NCBI GenBank assembly: GCA_050633385.1
Contig: JBOEGK010000037.1
Coordinates: forward strand, 6,606 to 70,605
Length of the DNA: 64,000 nt
Reading direction: 5' to 3'
From: Hyphomonas sp.
GTDB lineage: Bacteria; Pseudomonadota; Alphaproteobacteria; Caulobacterales; Hyphomonadaceae
Both the position numbers and the translations under genes were made by a program. Numbering within the stretch: position 1 is the stretch's first letter; every line of letters starts with the position of its first letter. The notes beneath the pieces were generated by a model, which was not told the origin of the DNA, did no database searches, and saw only the letters and a list, made by a program, of their open reading frames with translations. This document shows positions 30,716 to 41,336 of this stretch, one piece after another.

Positions 30716-31578
30716 AGGGTATTATTCTTGCTGGCGGTCAGGGAACGAGGCTTTATCCGATCACGAAAGGTGTATCGAAGCAGCTATTGCCAGTGTTTGA
30801 CAAGCCGTTGATTTATTTCCCACTTTCCACGCTCATGCTGGCGGGAATTCGTGAGATATTGATTATCTGTGTTCCAGACCAATTGGCTAACTTCAAGAAG
30901 CTGCTGGGAGACGGAAGCCAGTGGGGGATCTCGTTGCAATATGTGACGCAGGAACACCCGAACGGACTGGCAGAGGCCTTTATTCTGGGCGAGACCTTTA
31001 TTGACTCAGAGCCTTGCGCACTGGCGTTGGGAGATAATATTTTCTACAGCGCCGGGCTTGGTGGGATGTTGGCTGAATCAGCGATGTTAACGCAGGGCGC
31101 ACGGGTGTTTGCCTATCAAGTAAAAGACCCGACGCGGTTTGGAGTTGTGACTCTGGGCGCGGATGGAAGAGCCGTTAAAATTCAGGAAAAGCCAGAGCGG
31201 CCAGACAGCAATTGGGCCGTGACCGGATTGTATTTTTATGATGGTCGGGTTTGCGACTTTGCACGAGAGGTTGAGCCTTCGGCACGCGGAGAGCTTGAGA
31301 TTACGGCGATCAATCAACGGTATCTTGAGGCGGGTGATTTGACCGTAACCTGCCTGCCCAGAGGTGCAACATGGTTGGACGCGGGCACGTTCGATAGTTT
31401 GTTGGAAGCGTCGCATTTTGTTCAGACCGTTGAGAAGCGGCACGGCTATAAGATCGCTTGTCTCGAAGAGGTTGCCTGGCGTCAAGGGTTTATAAATGAC
31501 GCGATGCTTCGGGACCTGGCCGATCAGTTTAAAAATACATATTGCGACTATCTGCACTCGATTCTTGAAACCGGGTGA
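30712..31578 (+). CDS. rmlA: Glucose-1-phosphate thymidylyltransferase
   Basis: [36 protein letters not shown]. Confidence 0.95.
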   Translation: MKGIILAGGQGTRLYPITKGVSKQLLPVFDKPLIYFPLSTLMLAGIREILIICVPDQLANFKKLLGDGSQWGISLQYVTQEHPNGLAEAFILGETFIDSEPCALALGDNIFYSAGLGGMLAESAMLTQGARVFAYQVKDPTRFGVVTLGADGRAVKIQEKPERPDSNWAVTGLYFYDGRVCDFAREVEPSARGELEITAINQRYLEAGDLTVTCLPRGATWLDAGTFDSLLEASHFVQTVEKRHGYKIACLEEVAWRQGFINDAMLRDLADQFKNTYCDYLHSILETG

Positions 31579-31610
31579 GGGTTAGTCTGTAGTTATAGGG
31601 AGGTTCTGGG

Positions 31611-32534
31611 ATGGTTGTTTCCAATGTGAAGGAAATAGAGGCGCAGGTTGAGGCTGTATTGGCCGAGAAGGGACCTCGGCTTGGGAAAGAACTGGTGCTA
31701 GACCTGCCAACCGTATCGAGTTTGGCTTTATGGCAGGCGTGTTATCGCAGCCGTAGGTTTCATGTGTCTCATTTTGCGAGCTATTATCTGCGGTATGATA
31801 TTACGCGTGATGATCAAGTCCGGCTGAGCCCGTCAATACTACGTGATTTTTTGTCATTTACCTTGTTCGGTATTCCGGGGCAGCGTGACAAAATGTTGGA
31901 GCGTCAGGGTACGCTCGCCAATGTTCACCGGGAGATTTCCAAGCAGAAAATTGCGGTTGCTCAGGATTCTATCAACAGTTTGCTCAACCAGCTGTCTAAA
32001 TCCGTTAGAGAGAAAATTTGTGCATTTGTTGCGGGCGATTTGGCTTATTATCTTGCCCACAATGAGCCGAGAGAGCATGTGGCGACCGGCGAAATGGTGC
32101 GGGGGTCCGACGTTGATATTATCGTTATTTATCAGGATGTTTCAGATGATGTCGTGAAGCAGATGAATGATGAATTATCGCGCTTGAAAAGCTTCTATCT
32201 GCGTCATCCCGGTCACCGGCATGAGCTGGACTTTATCGTGAAGTCACAAGCGAAAATGGAAAGCCAATTTCGTTATGTGAATATCCATGATAAGATTGCG
32301 AGTAAAATCGCTTATGAGTCATTGTTTTTGGGCGGATCACTTTCTCTGTATACCGCTGTTAGAGATGCAATGACCCGATCGGGTGTCGATGAGTTGATCG
32401 AGCTGGATTTTGATCATGCCCTGAAAGATAGACGGCACGCGACGAAGAATTTGTTGGCGCAAACATCATCTGAGCTCGACGCGGATACCCGGTCGCTCTT
32501 TCACTTTTCGCAGGAGCGGGTTGAGTTTAGTTGA
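31611..32534 (+). CDS. Hypothetical protein with Pol-beta-superfamily nucleotidyltransferase-like motifs
   Basis: RBS AGGGAGG; FVAGDL...GSDVDIIVI and a later HELDFIV strand; co-oriented, starting 33 nt after rmlA. Confidence 0.7.
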   Translation: MVVSNVKEIEAQVEAVLAEKGPRLGKELVLDLPTVSSLALWQACYRSRRFHVSHFASYYLRYDITRDDQVRLSPSILRDFLSFTLFGIPGQRDKMLERQGTLANVHREISKQKIAVAQDSINSLLNQLSKSVREKICAFVAGDLAYYLAHNEPREHVATGEMVRGSDVDIIVIYQDVSDDVVKQMNDELSRLKSFYLRHPGHRHELDFIVKSQAKMESQFRYVNIHDKIASKIAYESLFLGGSLSLYTAVRDAMTRSGVDELIELDFDHALKDRRHATKNLLAQTSSELDADTRSLFHFSQERVEFS

Positions 32535-32544
32535 TTTCAGGCGC

Positions 32545-35500
32545 TTAAAGCGCGTCAAATTCCCAACCCTGCGTGAAGTTCCAATCGTCTTGAACATCAT
32601 CAATCAATATATCAGTAGATTGAGCCAACGCCGTGCGGGTCGGCTCGAAATCAACTGTGAGGGGCGTTAGCTCCGTCATCTGAGTTTCGGCCTCGGGTAG
32701 CGCTGAAAGGTTTGAAAAATCAAATGAGTCTGTGATCGGCGTCTCCATCAAGGGTGCCTTTGGTGATGGCAGTTCGGCAGCGCTAGCGAACGTGAAATCT
32801 GACGCGCTTAGGCTGGCCATCGAAATGTTTGACAGGGTAACTGAGCCATTCGCACCAAAAGAGATGACTGTATCGGAGCCTGAACTTGTCATGGCGGCGC
32901 TTACATCTGCGAATGAACTAAACGCGCTGCCCTGTAAGTCGATGATATCTTCGCCAATCGTAAAGTCAGAAATCGTATCGATGCCGTTGCTTGTATCAGT
33001 TGCAAATTGGAAGGTGTCATTGTCACCACCGCCGACGAGGACATCGTCACCTTCGCCGCCAAATAGGTGGTCGTCTCCGGCATGTCCGGCGAGTATGTCG
33101 TTTCCGATGCTGCCGTCCAACGTGTCATTCCCGGCGCGGCCAGCTAAAATGTCGTCACCCGCACCGCCGCTTAGGTCATCATTTCCGTTACCGCCATCGA
33201 GTTTATCATTGTCGGCGCCGCCGCTCAGATAATCATCACCATTGCCTGCTGAAAGGAAATCCTCCCCCGCGTCGCCATATAGCGTGTCAGCGCCATCGCG
33301 GCCGACGACGGTGTCGACGCCATTGCCACCGTATACAATATCGTCGCCACCGCTGCCATCGAGATAATCGTTGCCGTCATTGCCTGCTAGGGTGTCATTT
33401 CCCGTGCCAGCATTTAGCACATCGTCACCTGCGCGCCCAAGGAGTATGTCTGTGCCGGAACCGCCAACCAGTCGATCGTTGCCGTTGCCGCCGTCTAGCT
33501 TGTCGTTACCGCTGTCGCCTTTGAGCGAGTCGTCACCGTCGCCGCCTGATAGTAGATCGTTGTCGGCCCCGCCGAAGAGTTTGTCGTTGCCTTCGCGTCC
33601 GACGAGTGTGTCGACCCCGTCATGGCCAGCGAGTGTGTCATCTCCTGCGCCTCCGTCGAGTAGGTCATCGCCCACTCTGCCGGCGAGGATATCAGCGCCA
33701 GTGCCGCCATAGAGACGGTCATTGCCGTTGCCGCCATCTAGCTTATCGTTATTTTCGCCACCATTGAGGTAATCATTCCCATTGCCGCCAGAGAGGAAAT
33801 CGTTCCCGTCATCACCATAGAGCCCATCATTTCCGTCTCGACCGACGACGGTGTCATCGCCGTTACCGCCATAGGCTTTGTCGTTACCTGCGCTGCCGTC
33901 GAGGTGGTCAGTTCCATCATTTCCGGATAGTGTATCGTTACCTGCGCCGCCGTTTAATTTGTCATTGCCTGTGCGCCCGAGCAGATTGTCGTTACCTGTG
34001 CCACCCAGAAGGGTGTCGTTTCCGGCCCCACCATCGAGGGTGTCATCATCATTCTCACCGCTGAGGATGTCGTTGTCATTCCCACCTGAAAGCACGTCGT
34101 CGCCATTCCCTCCGATGAGCTTGTCGTTGCCGTCGCGCCCGATCAACGTATCAGTGCCATCATGGCCGACTAGCGTGTCATTGCCTTCGCCGCCATCGAG
34201 CAGGTCATTGCCATGCCGCCCTGAAAGGACATCAATACCGTCGCCACCATAGAGGCGGTCATTCCCATTGCCGCCATCGAGCTTATCATTTCCATCGCCG
34301 CCGAAGAGACGATCATCGCCATTCCCCGCTGTAAGAAAATCGATCCCGGCATCGCCGTAAATCGCGTCGTTTCCGTCCCGGCCTATCAGTGTATCATTAT
34401 CTGCACCGCCATAGAGACGATCATTTCCGGTGCCGCCGTCGAGGCTGTCGTTTCCGCTATGTCCGTATACAGTATCTGCGCCGCCCAAGGCTGCGATTGA
34501 GTTGGCTGTATTGTCCCCGTGAAGGGTATCATTGCCATTTGTTGGCGTGCCGCTTGCCGCTGCTTCACCAAAGGCGAAGTTAGCGCTTGTCAAAGTGCTT
34601 GAGGTGACGCCCTGAAGCAGAATTGTTGTGCCTGAGAAGGAGAGAAGTGTGCCGCTGGCGGCATCTTGTCTGTTCGCAAAGACGGACTCGCCCGCTTGTT
34701 GTGACAGAGCGGTTAGATCAATCGTGTCGGTGCTTATTGCAAAGTCTGTAATTATGTCGTCGCCGGAGTTTGTCGTGAAGACGAATTGATCCGCCCCCAG
34801 TCCACCTGTCAGCGTATTGTCGGCAGCATTAGTGATGATTGTGTCATCTCCGATACCGCCAATTGCATTTTCGATGATTGTGCCATCCATAATTGTAATG
34901 ACGTTATTGTAGACCGGCTGGGTTACGGAGGCGCGCTGTCCAAGAGATGAGGATTCGCCTTCGAGCATATTGAGGTATTGATCCGCGCCGAAGCCGGAGA
35001 GATCAATCGTGTCTATACCGCCGGTATCATAGATGGCCATGGATGGTGGGCGTAGATAAGTGCCGCTGGCATCAACGACAACAAACTGAGACCAGTCGTT
35101 CACATCTGATTCTGTGGAGTTGAACCCATAGGTTGTGTCTCCGGGGCGAGTGCCGTTAGGGTTTACGCCGTAAAGAGATTGTATGGCGACAATGTCTGCA
35201 GCTTGTGGGCCGAGTACAAAACGCTCTGAACCTGATCCGGCCTCCTCCTGATCGAAGTAGGACATGACAGTAGTTGCCCAGCTGTCATTGGAGTACAGAT
35301 TGTCTTGTCCAAATTCTGCGCCGCCATTGTAGTTGCCTGCGTGGCCCAAGCCGATGGCATGGCCGATCTCGTGCAAATAGGTTTGGTAAGTGTAACTGTC
35401 TAGCGATGTATTGCCGCCATTCCAATCACTACCAATATTGATCTCCGCTGACGAAATAATCAGGTAGCCATCAACTGCGTCCGACAGGGTCGGGGTAGCG

Positions 35501-36303
35501 TGTGCTTCGCCAAGTTCACTATCATCGAATGTAAGATTTGCAGTGCCGGCGGTTTGCACGAAACTGATTGGAGTGATGTCTGCCCACGCTTGTAACGCGG
35601 CTTCTGCCAGGGTTTGTGCACCTGCTGTTAACGCGTCGATATTGTAGGTGAGTGTAAGGTCGTTGATATCCCATCGCCGTTGTTCCCAGTACCCATTTGT
35701 CAGGAAGTTTGCGATTTCGTCCGTTGACCACTCTTCAATAGGCGCCGCTGCTTCAATGGCCAGTTCATACTCGCCTGTTGAGCCGGGTTGAGTGTCACTC
35801 CTATAGGAGCGTGCATTGAGATAATAGGTGCCGCTGGTATCTGGCGTGAAGTAAGCCAGTGAATTTAACGAGCTGTTCGTGTCATCGTTGAACTGAACAA
35901 TGTTTGCGTTCGCATCCAGTATTTCCAGATAGGGGTCATCAAGCGGATCGGTGCCAGTGCCTGTGAGGGAGACTAAATAACGCTGTCCGGCAGTGAGTTG
36001 TACGGCATACCAGTCATCGTCGTCTGCCGTTTCGAGATTGCCGGTAATCGTATCGCCGACATTTACATTGCCCGCATCGTTGACGCTGTTCCCCACGATA
36101 TCGCCGCCGCCCGATAACGCGAAGACAGGGCCTTTTACTGAAATGGTTTCAGCCGAGGCATCGAGAAGGACGCTGTGAGGGGCGGTCGAGAGGTGAGAGA
36201 AAGCATGCCAGCTGAAAGAGGGGACTGTTTCAAATGGGTCCATCGTTGAAAATGCCATGCTTATACCCATCCTTTGACTGTCATTTTTATGCGAGTGAGC
36301 CAA
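32545..36303 (-). CDS. Serralysin-like M10 zinc metalloprotease with PPC-like domain and extended RTX repeats
   Basis: HEIGHAIGLGH zinc motif, TVMSYF Met-turn, DTIDLSG, about 55 GGxGxDxUx nonamers; start position uncertain. Confidence 0.92.
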   Translation of the reverse strand: MAHSHKNDSQRMGISMAFSTMDPFETVPSFSWHAFSHLSTAPHSVLLDASAETISVKGPVFALSGGGDIVGNSVNDAGNVNVGDTITGNLETADDDDWYAVQLTAGQRYLVSLTGTGTDPLDDPYLEILDANANIVQFNDDTNSSLNSLAYFTPDTSGTYYLNARSYRSDTQPGSTGEYELAIEAAAPIEEWSTDEIANFLTNGYWEQRRWDINDLTLTYNIDALTAGAQTLAEAALQAWADITPISFVQTAGTANLTFDDSELGEAHATPTLSDAVDGYLIISSAEINIGSDWNGGNTSLDSYTYQTYLHEIGHAIGLGHAGNYNGGAEFGQDNLYSNDSWATTVMSYFDQEEAGSGSERFVLGPQAADIVAIQSLYGVNPNGTRPGDTTYGFNSTESDVNDWSQFVVVDASGTYLRPPSMAIYDTGGIDTIDLSGFGADQYLNMLEGESSSLGQRASVTQPVYNNVITIMDGTIIENAIGGIGDDTIITNAADNTLTGGLGADQFVFTTNSGDDIITDFAISTDTIDLTALSQQAGESVFANRQDAASGTLLSFSGTTILLQGVTSSTLTSANFAFGEAAASGTPTNGNDTLHGDNTANSIAALGGADTVYGHSGNDSLDGGTGNDRLYGGADNDTLIGRDGNDAIYGDAGIDFLTAGNGDDRLFGGDGNDKLDGGNGNDRLYGGDGIDVLSGRHGNDLLDGGEGNDTLVGHDGTDTLIGRDGNDKLIGGNGDDVLSGGNDNDILSGENDDDTLDGGAGNDTLLGGTGNDNLLGRTGNDKLNGGAGNDTLSGNDGTDHLDGSAGNDKAYGGNGDDTVVGRDGNDGLYGDDGNDFLSGGNGNDYLNGGENNDKLDGGNGNDRLYGGTGADILAGRVGDDLLDGGAGDDTLAGHDGVDTLVGREGNDKLFGGADNDLLSGGDGDDSLKGDSGNDKLDGGNGNDRLVGGSGTDILLGRAGDDVLNAGTGNDTLAGNDGNDYLDGSGGDDIVYGGNGVDTVVGRDGADTLYGDAGEDFLSAGNGDDYLSGGADNDKLDGGNGNDDLSGGAGDDILAGRAGNDTLDGSIGNDILAGHAGDDHLFGGEGDDVLVGGGDNDTFQFATDTSNGIDTISDFTIGEDIIDLQGSAFSSFADVSAAMTSSGSDTVISFGANGSVTLSNISMASLSASDFTFASAAELPSPKAPLMETPITDSFDFSNLSALPEAETQMTELTPLTVDFEPTRTALAQSTDILIDDVQDDWNFTQGWEFDAL
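33010..34500 (-). repeat. RTX nonapeptide array with a 540-bp higher-order period
   Basis: Blocks of 9 and 11 nonamers alternate A-B-A-B-A; A blocks start at 34392, 33852 and 33312. Confidence 0.85.
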
Positions 36304-36375
36304 AATTCAGGGCTGATCGCAAGTGATTATTTGTCTACCTCTTCGACGTTAGACGATATTGCATGAATAGAAGTT

Positions 36376-37560
36376 TTATTTCTTCGTTAAGTTTTTCAAT
36401 GCTTCAGTCAGGTCGGTTTTTTCCCAGCTAAACGCCCCGTTTGACTGTGGTTCTCGCCCAAAATGCCCGTACGCAGCGCTCGGTAAATAGATTGGCTGTC
36501 TGAGGTTGAGCTTCTGGCGAATGGTTGATGGCGTTAGGTCAAAAACTTCTCTCAATCTTTCTGCAATCTCTCCCTCTGATACGGTACCCGTGCCGTGCGT
36601 GTCCACATAAAGAGACAGCGGTTCCGAGACGCCAATGGCATAGCTGACTTGAATAGTGCAGCGATCTGCGAGGCCGGCGGCGACGACGTTTTTGGCGAGA
36701 TAGCGGGTAGCGTAGGCAGCAGATCGGTCAACTTTACTTGGGTCTTTGCCCGAGAAAGCCCCGCCGCCATGAGGCGCGGCGCCGCCATACGTGTCGACAA
36801 TGATTTTTCGCCCCGTCAGACCGGTATCGCCATCTGGCCCGCCCTGCACGAAGCTGCCGGTTGGATTTACAAAGAATTGGTCTTCCGGTGGAAACCAACC
36901 GTCCGGCAATACGTCTTTGATGACGGGCCGAATGATCTCGCGCAATTCTTCCTGGCTGACGCCTTCCTTGTGCTGATGGGAGACAACCACGCAATTCACG
37001 CCGATCGGACGCGAGCCTTGATATTGCAGGGTGACTTGGCTCTTCGCATCTGGCTCCAATTGCGGGTGGGTGCCGTCATGGCGCAAGGCTGCGAGCTTTT
37101 GCAAAATTTGGTGAGAGTAGACCAATGTGGCGGGCATCAACTCTGGTGTCTCGTTTGTGGCGTAACCAAACATGATGCCTTGGTCACCAGCCCCTTCATC
37201 GGTGAACAGGCCCTTATCTTCATCGACGCCTTGAGCGATTTCTGGCGCTTGGGCATGAACGAAGTTTTGGATGTTTACGGTTTCCCAGTGGAAGCCCTTT
37301 TGTTCATAGCCGACTTTTTTGACGAGGGCGCGAGCCACCGCATTCATTTCGTCTTTCGAAACGTGGGTGCCATTGGTGGTTCTTACTTCGCCAGCCAAGA
37401 CGATTTGGTCAGTTGTGACCAGCGTTTCAACAGCAACTTTCGCGGCCCCATCTTTTGACAGGAAGAGGTCGACGACGCTGTCTGAAATTTGGTCAGCAAT
37501 TTTGTCCGGGTGCCCCTCGGAAACGCTTTCACTCGTAAATTCGTGTGTTTTCAATGGCAT
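36376..37560 (-). CDS. metK: S-adenosylmethionine synthetase
   Basis: [43 protein letters not shown]. Confidence 0.97.
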   Translation of the reverse strand: MPLKTHEFTSESVSEGHPDKIADQISDSVVDLFLSKDGAAKVAVETLVTTDQIVLAGEVRTTNGTHVSKDEMNAVARALVKKVGYEQKGFHWETVNIQNFVHAQAPEIAQGVDEDKGLFTDEGAGDQGIMFGYATNETPELMPATLVYSHQILQKLAALRHDGTHPQLEPDAKSQVTLQYQGSRPIGVNCVVVSHQHKEGVSQEELREIIRPVIKDVLPDGWFPPEDQFFVNPTGSFVQGGPDGDTGLTGRKIIVDTYGGAAPHGGGAFSGKDPSKVDRSAAYATRYLAKNVVAAGLADRCTIQVSYAIGVSEPLSLYVDTHGTGTVSEGEIAERLREVFDLTPSTIRQKLNLRQPIYLPSAAYGHFGREPQSNGAFSWEKTDLTEALKNLTKK

Positions 37561-37599
37561 ATCTTCGTTTCCTGAAGCGTGTGGTTTTATTGACGTGAT

Positions 37600-38469
37600 C
37601 TAGTGATCGAAGACGACTGTACGTCCATCATGTTCAAAAACGCGATGTTCTGCGTGGGCTTTGACGGCTCTAAGGAGGGCGGTGCCTTCGAGGTGACGGC
37701 CTGTCGCGACGAGATCTTGCGCTGTGAAGGCGTGATCGACTGGTTCGGTCACCTGAGTGATGATTGGGCCTTCATCGAGATCGGGCGTTACATAGTGAGC
37801 GGTTGCGCCGATGACTTTTACACCGCGGGCATAGGCCTGATGATAAGGGCGCGCGCCTTTAAAACTGGGCAAGAATGAGTGATGGATGTTGATGCAGCGC
37901 CCTTGCAAGCGGCGGCAGGCGTCATTGCTAAGGATTTGCATGTAACGCGCGAGCACGGTCAATTCTGCGCCAGTTTCCTCGATAATATCAAACAGTCGGG
38001 CCTCTGCAGCGGGCTTTGTGTCTTTGGTGACGGGCACGTCGAACCAAGGCAGCCCCCAATGACTGAAATTCTCTTTCATGCTCGCATGGTTTGAGACAAT
38101 GCCCACAATTTCGATGGGGAGTTCACTGCGCCGCGCGGCGTAAAGCAGGGTGTTGGCGCAATGATCAGACTTCGAAACGAGCAAGAGAGAGCGGATTTTC
38201 TTGCTGGCCTCAAAAATACTCCATTCTGCTTTAAGGGCCTCGCCCGTCGTTTGCATGTCTGCCAGTAGCGCAGGCGGTGTGCCTGAATTGTCTGCAGAAC
38301 GGAACACGAGACGCGCATAAAAACGCCCGCTGACGGGATCACCAAAAGTGCGCGACGATGCAATGAAGCATTCGTGCTTTTCCATCAGCTTTGCCAATGT
38401 AGCGACAAGGCCCACACGATCTGGACAGGCAAGCTTTAGGATCAAATCTCGATCAGAATTTGCGGGCAT
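37600..38469 (-). CDS. purU: Formyltetrahydrofolate deformylase
   Basis: N-terminal ACT (CPDRVGLVA), LARYMQIL, INIHHSFLPSFKGARPYHQA, LDEGPII. Confidence 0.95.
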   Translation of the reverse strand: MPANSDRDLILKLACPDRVGLVATLAKLMEKHECFIASSRTFGDPVSGRFYARLVFRSADNSGTPPALLADMQTTGEALKAEWSIFEASKKIRSLLLVSKSDHCANTLLYAARRSELPIEIVGIVSNHASMKENFSHWGLPWFDVPVTKDTKPAAEARLFDIIEETGAELTVLARYMQILSNDACRRLQGRCINIHHSFLPSFKGARPYHQAYARGVKVIGATAHYVTPDLDEGPIITQVTEPVDHAFTAQDLVATGRHLEGTALLRAVKAHAEHRVFEHDGRTVVFDH

Positions 38470-38484
38470 TGGCCGATTTTCCTA

Positions 38485-39879
38485 CTAGTAGCGATAGTGT
38501 TCTGGTTTGAACGGACCTGCTGTGTCGATGCCGATATAGTCGGCTTGTTCATCTGACAGCGTAGTCAGTTTGACGCCCAACTTGTCGAGGTGAAGCCGAG
38601 CGACTTTCTCATCCAAATGTTTCGGTAGGGTGTAGACTTGGTTTTCGTATTGGTCAGCGCGCTGATGCAGCTCGATCTGCGCAAGGGTTTGGTTGGTAAA
38701 GCTGGCTGACATAACAAAAGAAGGGTGGCCCGTCGCGTTGCCGAGATTGACCAGCCGCCCTTCGGAAAGAAGGAGAATGCGTTTGCCGTCTGGGAAGGTG
38801 ATCATGTCCACTTGTGGCTTAATGTTCGTCCACGTGAAATTGCGCAATCCTTCGACCTGAATTTCATTGTCGAAATGGCCAATATTGCACACGATGGCCA
38901 TATCTTTCATCGCCCGCATATGGTCGACAGTGATGATGTCTTTATTGCCTGTTGTGGTGACGAAAATGTCAAACTTTGGAGCGGCGTCTTCCATGACTTG
39001 AACGTCATACCCGTCCATTGCCGCTTGTAGAGCGCAGATCGGGTCAATTTCGGATACTGAGACGCGCGCGCCTGCACCTGACAGGGATGCGGCTGAGCCT
39101 TTACCCACGTCGCCATAGCCTGCAACAAATGCGGTCTTACCCGCAAGCATCACGTCTGTGCCGCGCCGGATGGCGTCTACCAAGCTTTCCTTGCAGCCAT
39201 ACTTGTTGTCGAACTTCGATTTGGTGACGCTGTCGTTTACGTTGATAGCAGGGAAGGGAAGTTCGCCGCGTTTTTCTAATTGATACAAGCGGTTGACGCC
39301 GGTTGTGGTTTCTTCAGAAACACCGCGAATGCCAGCCTTGGTTTTGGCGAACCAACCGGGGCTTTCTGTCATGCGTTTGCGGATTTGTGCGAAAAGTGCG
39401 GTTTCCTCTTCGCTGCCTGGATTGGACAGGAAGGAGGGATCGGTCTCTGCCTTCTCACCTAAAATCAAATACATGGTCGCGTCGCCGCCATCATCCAGTA
39501 TGAGGTTTGGGCCATTGCCATCCGGCCAATGGAACATGCGATCTGTATAGTCCCAGTATTCTTCGAGCGTTTCACCCTTGTAAGCAAAAACCGGCGTGCC
39601 AGCGTCTGCTATGGCCGCAGCGGCATGATCTTGGGTTGAGTAAATGTTGCAAGACACCCAGCGAACCTGTGCGCCCAGGGCTTCCAGCGTTTGGATAAGG
39701 ACGGCTGTTTGGATCGTCATGTGAAGTGAGCCGCAGATGCGAGCGCCCTTGAGTGGCTGTGAGGGGCCAAACTCCTCGCGCGCGGACATCAAGCCCGGCA
39801 TTTCGGTTTCTGCGATGGCGATTTCCTTGCGACCAAATTCAGCGAGGGACAGGTCGGCGACGTGGTAGTCCTGCGACAT
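38485..39879 (-). CDS. ahcY: S-adenosylhomocysteine hydrolase
   Basis: [36 protein letters not shown]. Confidence 0.97.
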   Translation of the reverse strand: MSQDYHVADLSLAEFGRKEIAIAETEMPGLMSAREEFGPSQPLKGARICGSLHMTIQTAVLIQTLEALGAQVRWVSCNIYSTQDHAAAAIADAGTPVFAYKGETLEEYWDYTDRMFHWPDGNGPNLILDDGGDATMYLILGEKAETDPSFLSNPGSEEETALFAQIRKRMTESPGWFAKTKAGIRGVSEETTTGVNRLYQLEKRGELPFPAINVNDSVTKSKFDNKYGCKESLVDAIRRGTDVMLAGKTAFVAGYGDVGKGSAASLSGAGARVSVSEIDPICALQAAMDGYDVQVMEDAAPKFDIFVTTTGNKDIITVDHMRAMKDMAIVCNIGHFDNEIQVEGLRNFTWTNIKPQVDMITFPDGKRILLLSEGRLVNLGNATGHPSFVMSASFTNQTLAQIELHQRADQYENQVYTLPKHLDEKVARLHLDKLGVKLTTLSDEQADYIGIDTAGPFKPEHYRY

Positions 39880-39996
39880 ATCAATAATCCTTTATATCTG
39901 TATTCTCGCCAGCTAACACGATATGCGAGGCGGCGCAATGCGCCCGTCACGCCGGAAGAGTGGCGTCGGGCGAGTTAGGATCAATATTGAGAGGCT

Positions 39997-41151
39997 CTAA
40001 AAGTTGCGAATCGCCGCGATAATCGAGTCCTGATCGCTTTCACTCAGATAGGGGTGCATTGGCAGTGCGATCACATGCTTACATGCTGCGTCGGTAACTG
40101 GCAGAGATTGCGAGGCCGGTTTCCACTCTGCGCAAAAGTCTTGTTCATGGATCGGGACGGGGTAGTAGACCGCCGTCGGGATGCCTTGATCGCTGAGGTG
40201 CGCTTGCAAGCCGTCGCGGTCTTCATGTTCGATGACGTATTGCGCCCAAACGCTAGTGCCGCCATCAATTACGCGCGGCACGCGCTTTACATGGCCTGAC
40301 AAGCCGTCAGCGTAGCGTTGTGCGACGGCATCGCGTTTTTCAATTTCGTCGGCAAATATTTTCAATTTCTCGAGCAGAACAGCGGCTTGAATCGTATCGA
40401 GTCTTGAGTTCATACCGAGCCGCAATGAGAGATATTTGGGGTCGTGATGAAACTTACGCGTGGCGGCGTCGGATGGGGTGACTTTGCCATAAACCCGAAG
40501 ACTTTCAATGCGCTCAGCCAGTTTGGCATCATTGGTGATAACCGCGCCGCCATCGCCGTAGCAGCCCAGTGGTTTTGCGGGAAAGAAGCTGGTTGTTGCA
40601 ATGTCGGCCCAATCTGTCGGGTGCTTCCCATTGAGCGTGCAGCCAAAACCTTGCGCTGTATCAGCGATCAGTTTTAATCCGTATTCATCACATATCGCTT
40701 TAATCTGAGGGTAGTTGGCGGGTTGGCCAAAGAGGTCGACGGCTGTGACAACTCTCGGATTTAGTTTGCCCTCTTTCTTCACGGCAGCAATCTGCTCTTT
40801 CAGGTGAGCGGGGTCCATATTGTATGTGTCAGGCAAGACATCTACGAAGATGGGGGTTGCGCCTAGCCAGGGGATGACTTGCGCTGTTGCGACAAAGGTG
40901 AAGCTGGGACAGAAAACCGCATCTCCGGGTTTGACTTCCCACGCCATCAAGGCAAGCGCCAGCGCGTCTGTGCCGTTTGCACAGGACACGGCGTGATCTG
41001 CGCCACACCATGCGGCGAGTTGTTTTTCGAGTTCGGTAACTTCAGGGCCGAGGACATAGCGTCCGCTCTCTACAACGGATTGAATCGCTGAATTTATTTG
41101 AGTTTCAATACGCTTGCGTTGCGCTTGGAGATCAATAAATGGAAGGGGCAA
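39997..41151 (-). CDS. DegT/DnrJ/EryC1/StrS sugar aminotransferase
   Basis: NGTDAL, VDLFGQ, SFFPAKPLGCYGDGG, NSRLDTIQAA. Confidence 0.92.
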   Translation of the reverse strand: MPLPFIDLQAQRKRIETQINSAIQSVVESGRYVLGPEVTELEKQLAAWCGADHAVSCANGTDALALALMAWEVKPGDAVFCPSFTFVATAQVIPWLGATPIFVDVLPDTYNMDPAHLKEQIAAVKKEGKLNPRVVTAVDLFGQPANYPQIKAICDEYGLKLIADTAQGFGCTLNGKHPTDWADIATTSFFPAKPLGCYGDGGAVITNDAKLAERIESLRVYGKVTPSDAATRKFHHDPKYLSLRLGMNSRLDTIQAAVLLEKLKIFADEIEKRDAVAQRYADGLSGHVKRVPRVIDGGTSVWAQYVIEHEDRDGLQAHLSDQGIPTAVYYPVPIHEQDFCAEWKPASQSLPVTDAACKHVIALPMHPYLSESDQDSIIAAIRNF

Positions 41152-41336
41152 AGCACTCGTCCTTTGTGCAATTCAGAACCAGTTTTGGGGTAGCGGTTGA
41201 GAAGGCTTTCTACAAGTGCGCAATTTCTGTAAGATTGATCTGAGGGTGCCCTCAACCGATAGATTATAACTTGCCTATTGGGGGTTACCTCCGTTAGAGT
41301 CACTACGGGTTGATTGAGAAAGTTAGAGTATTTTGT

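Noticed and set aside
33010-34500. CRISPR-like periodicity
   Set aside because: The 27-bp period is coding (GGxGxD repeats), with no invariant repeat and no unique spacers
32732-34583. Multiple Ser/Pro- or Arg/His/Cys-rich ORFs on other frames
   Set aside because: Shadow frames of the RTX nonamer array
36595-37458. 287-aa ORF antisense to metK
   Set aside because: Antisense shadow of a highly conserved gene with no motif of its own
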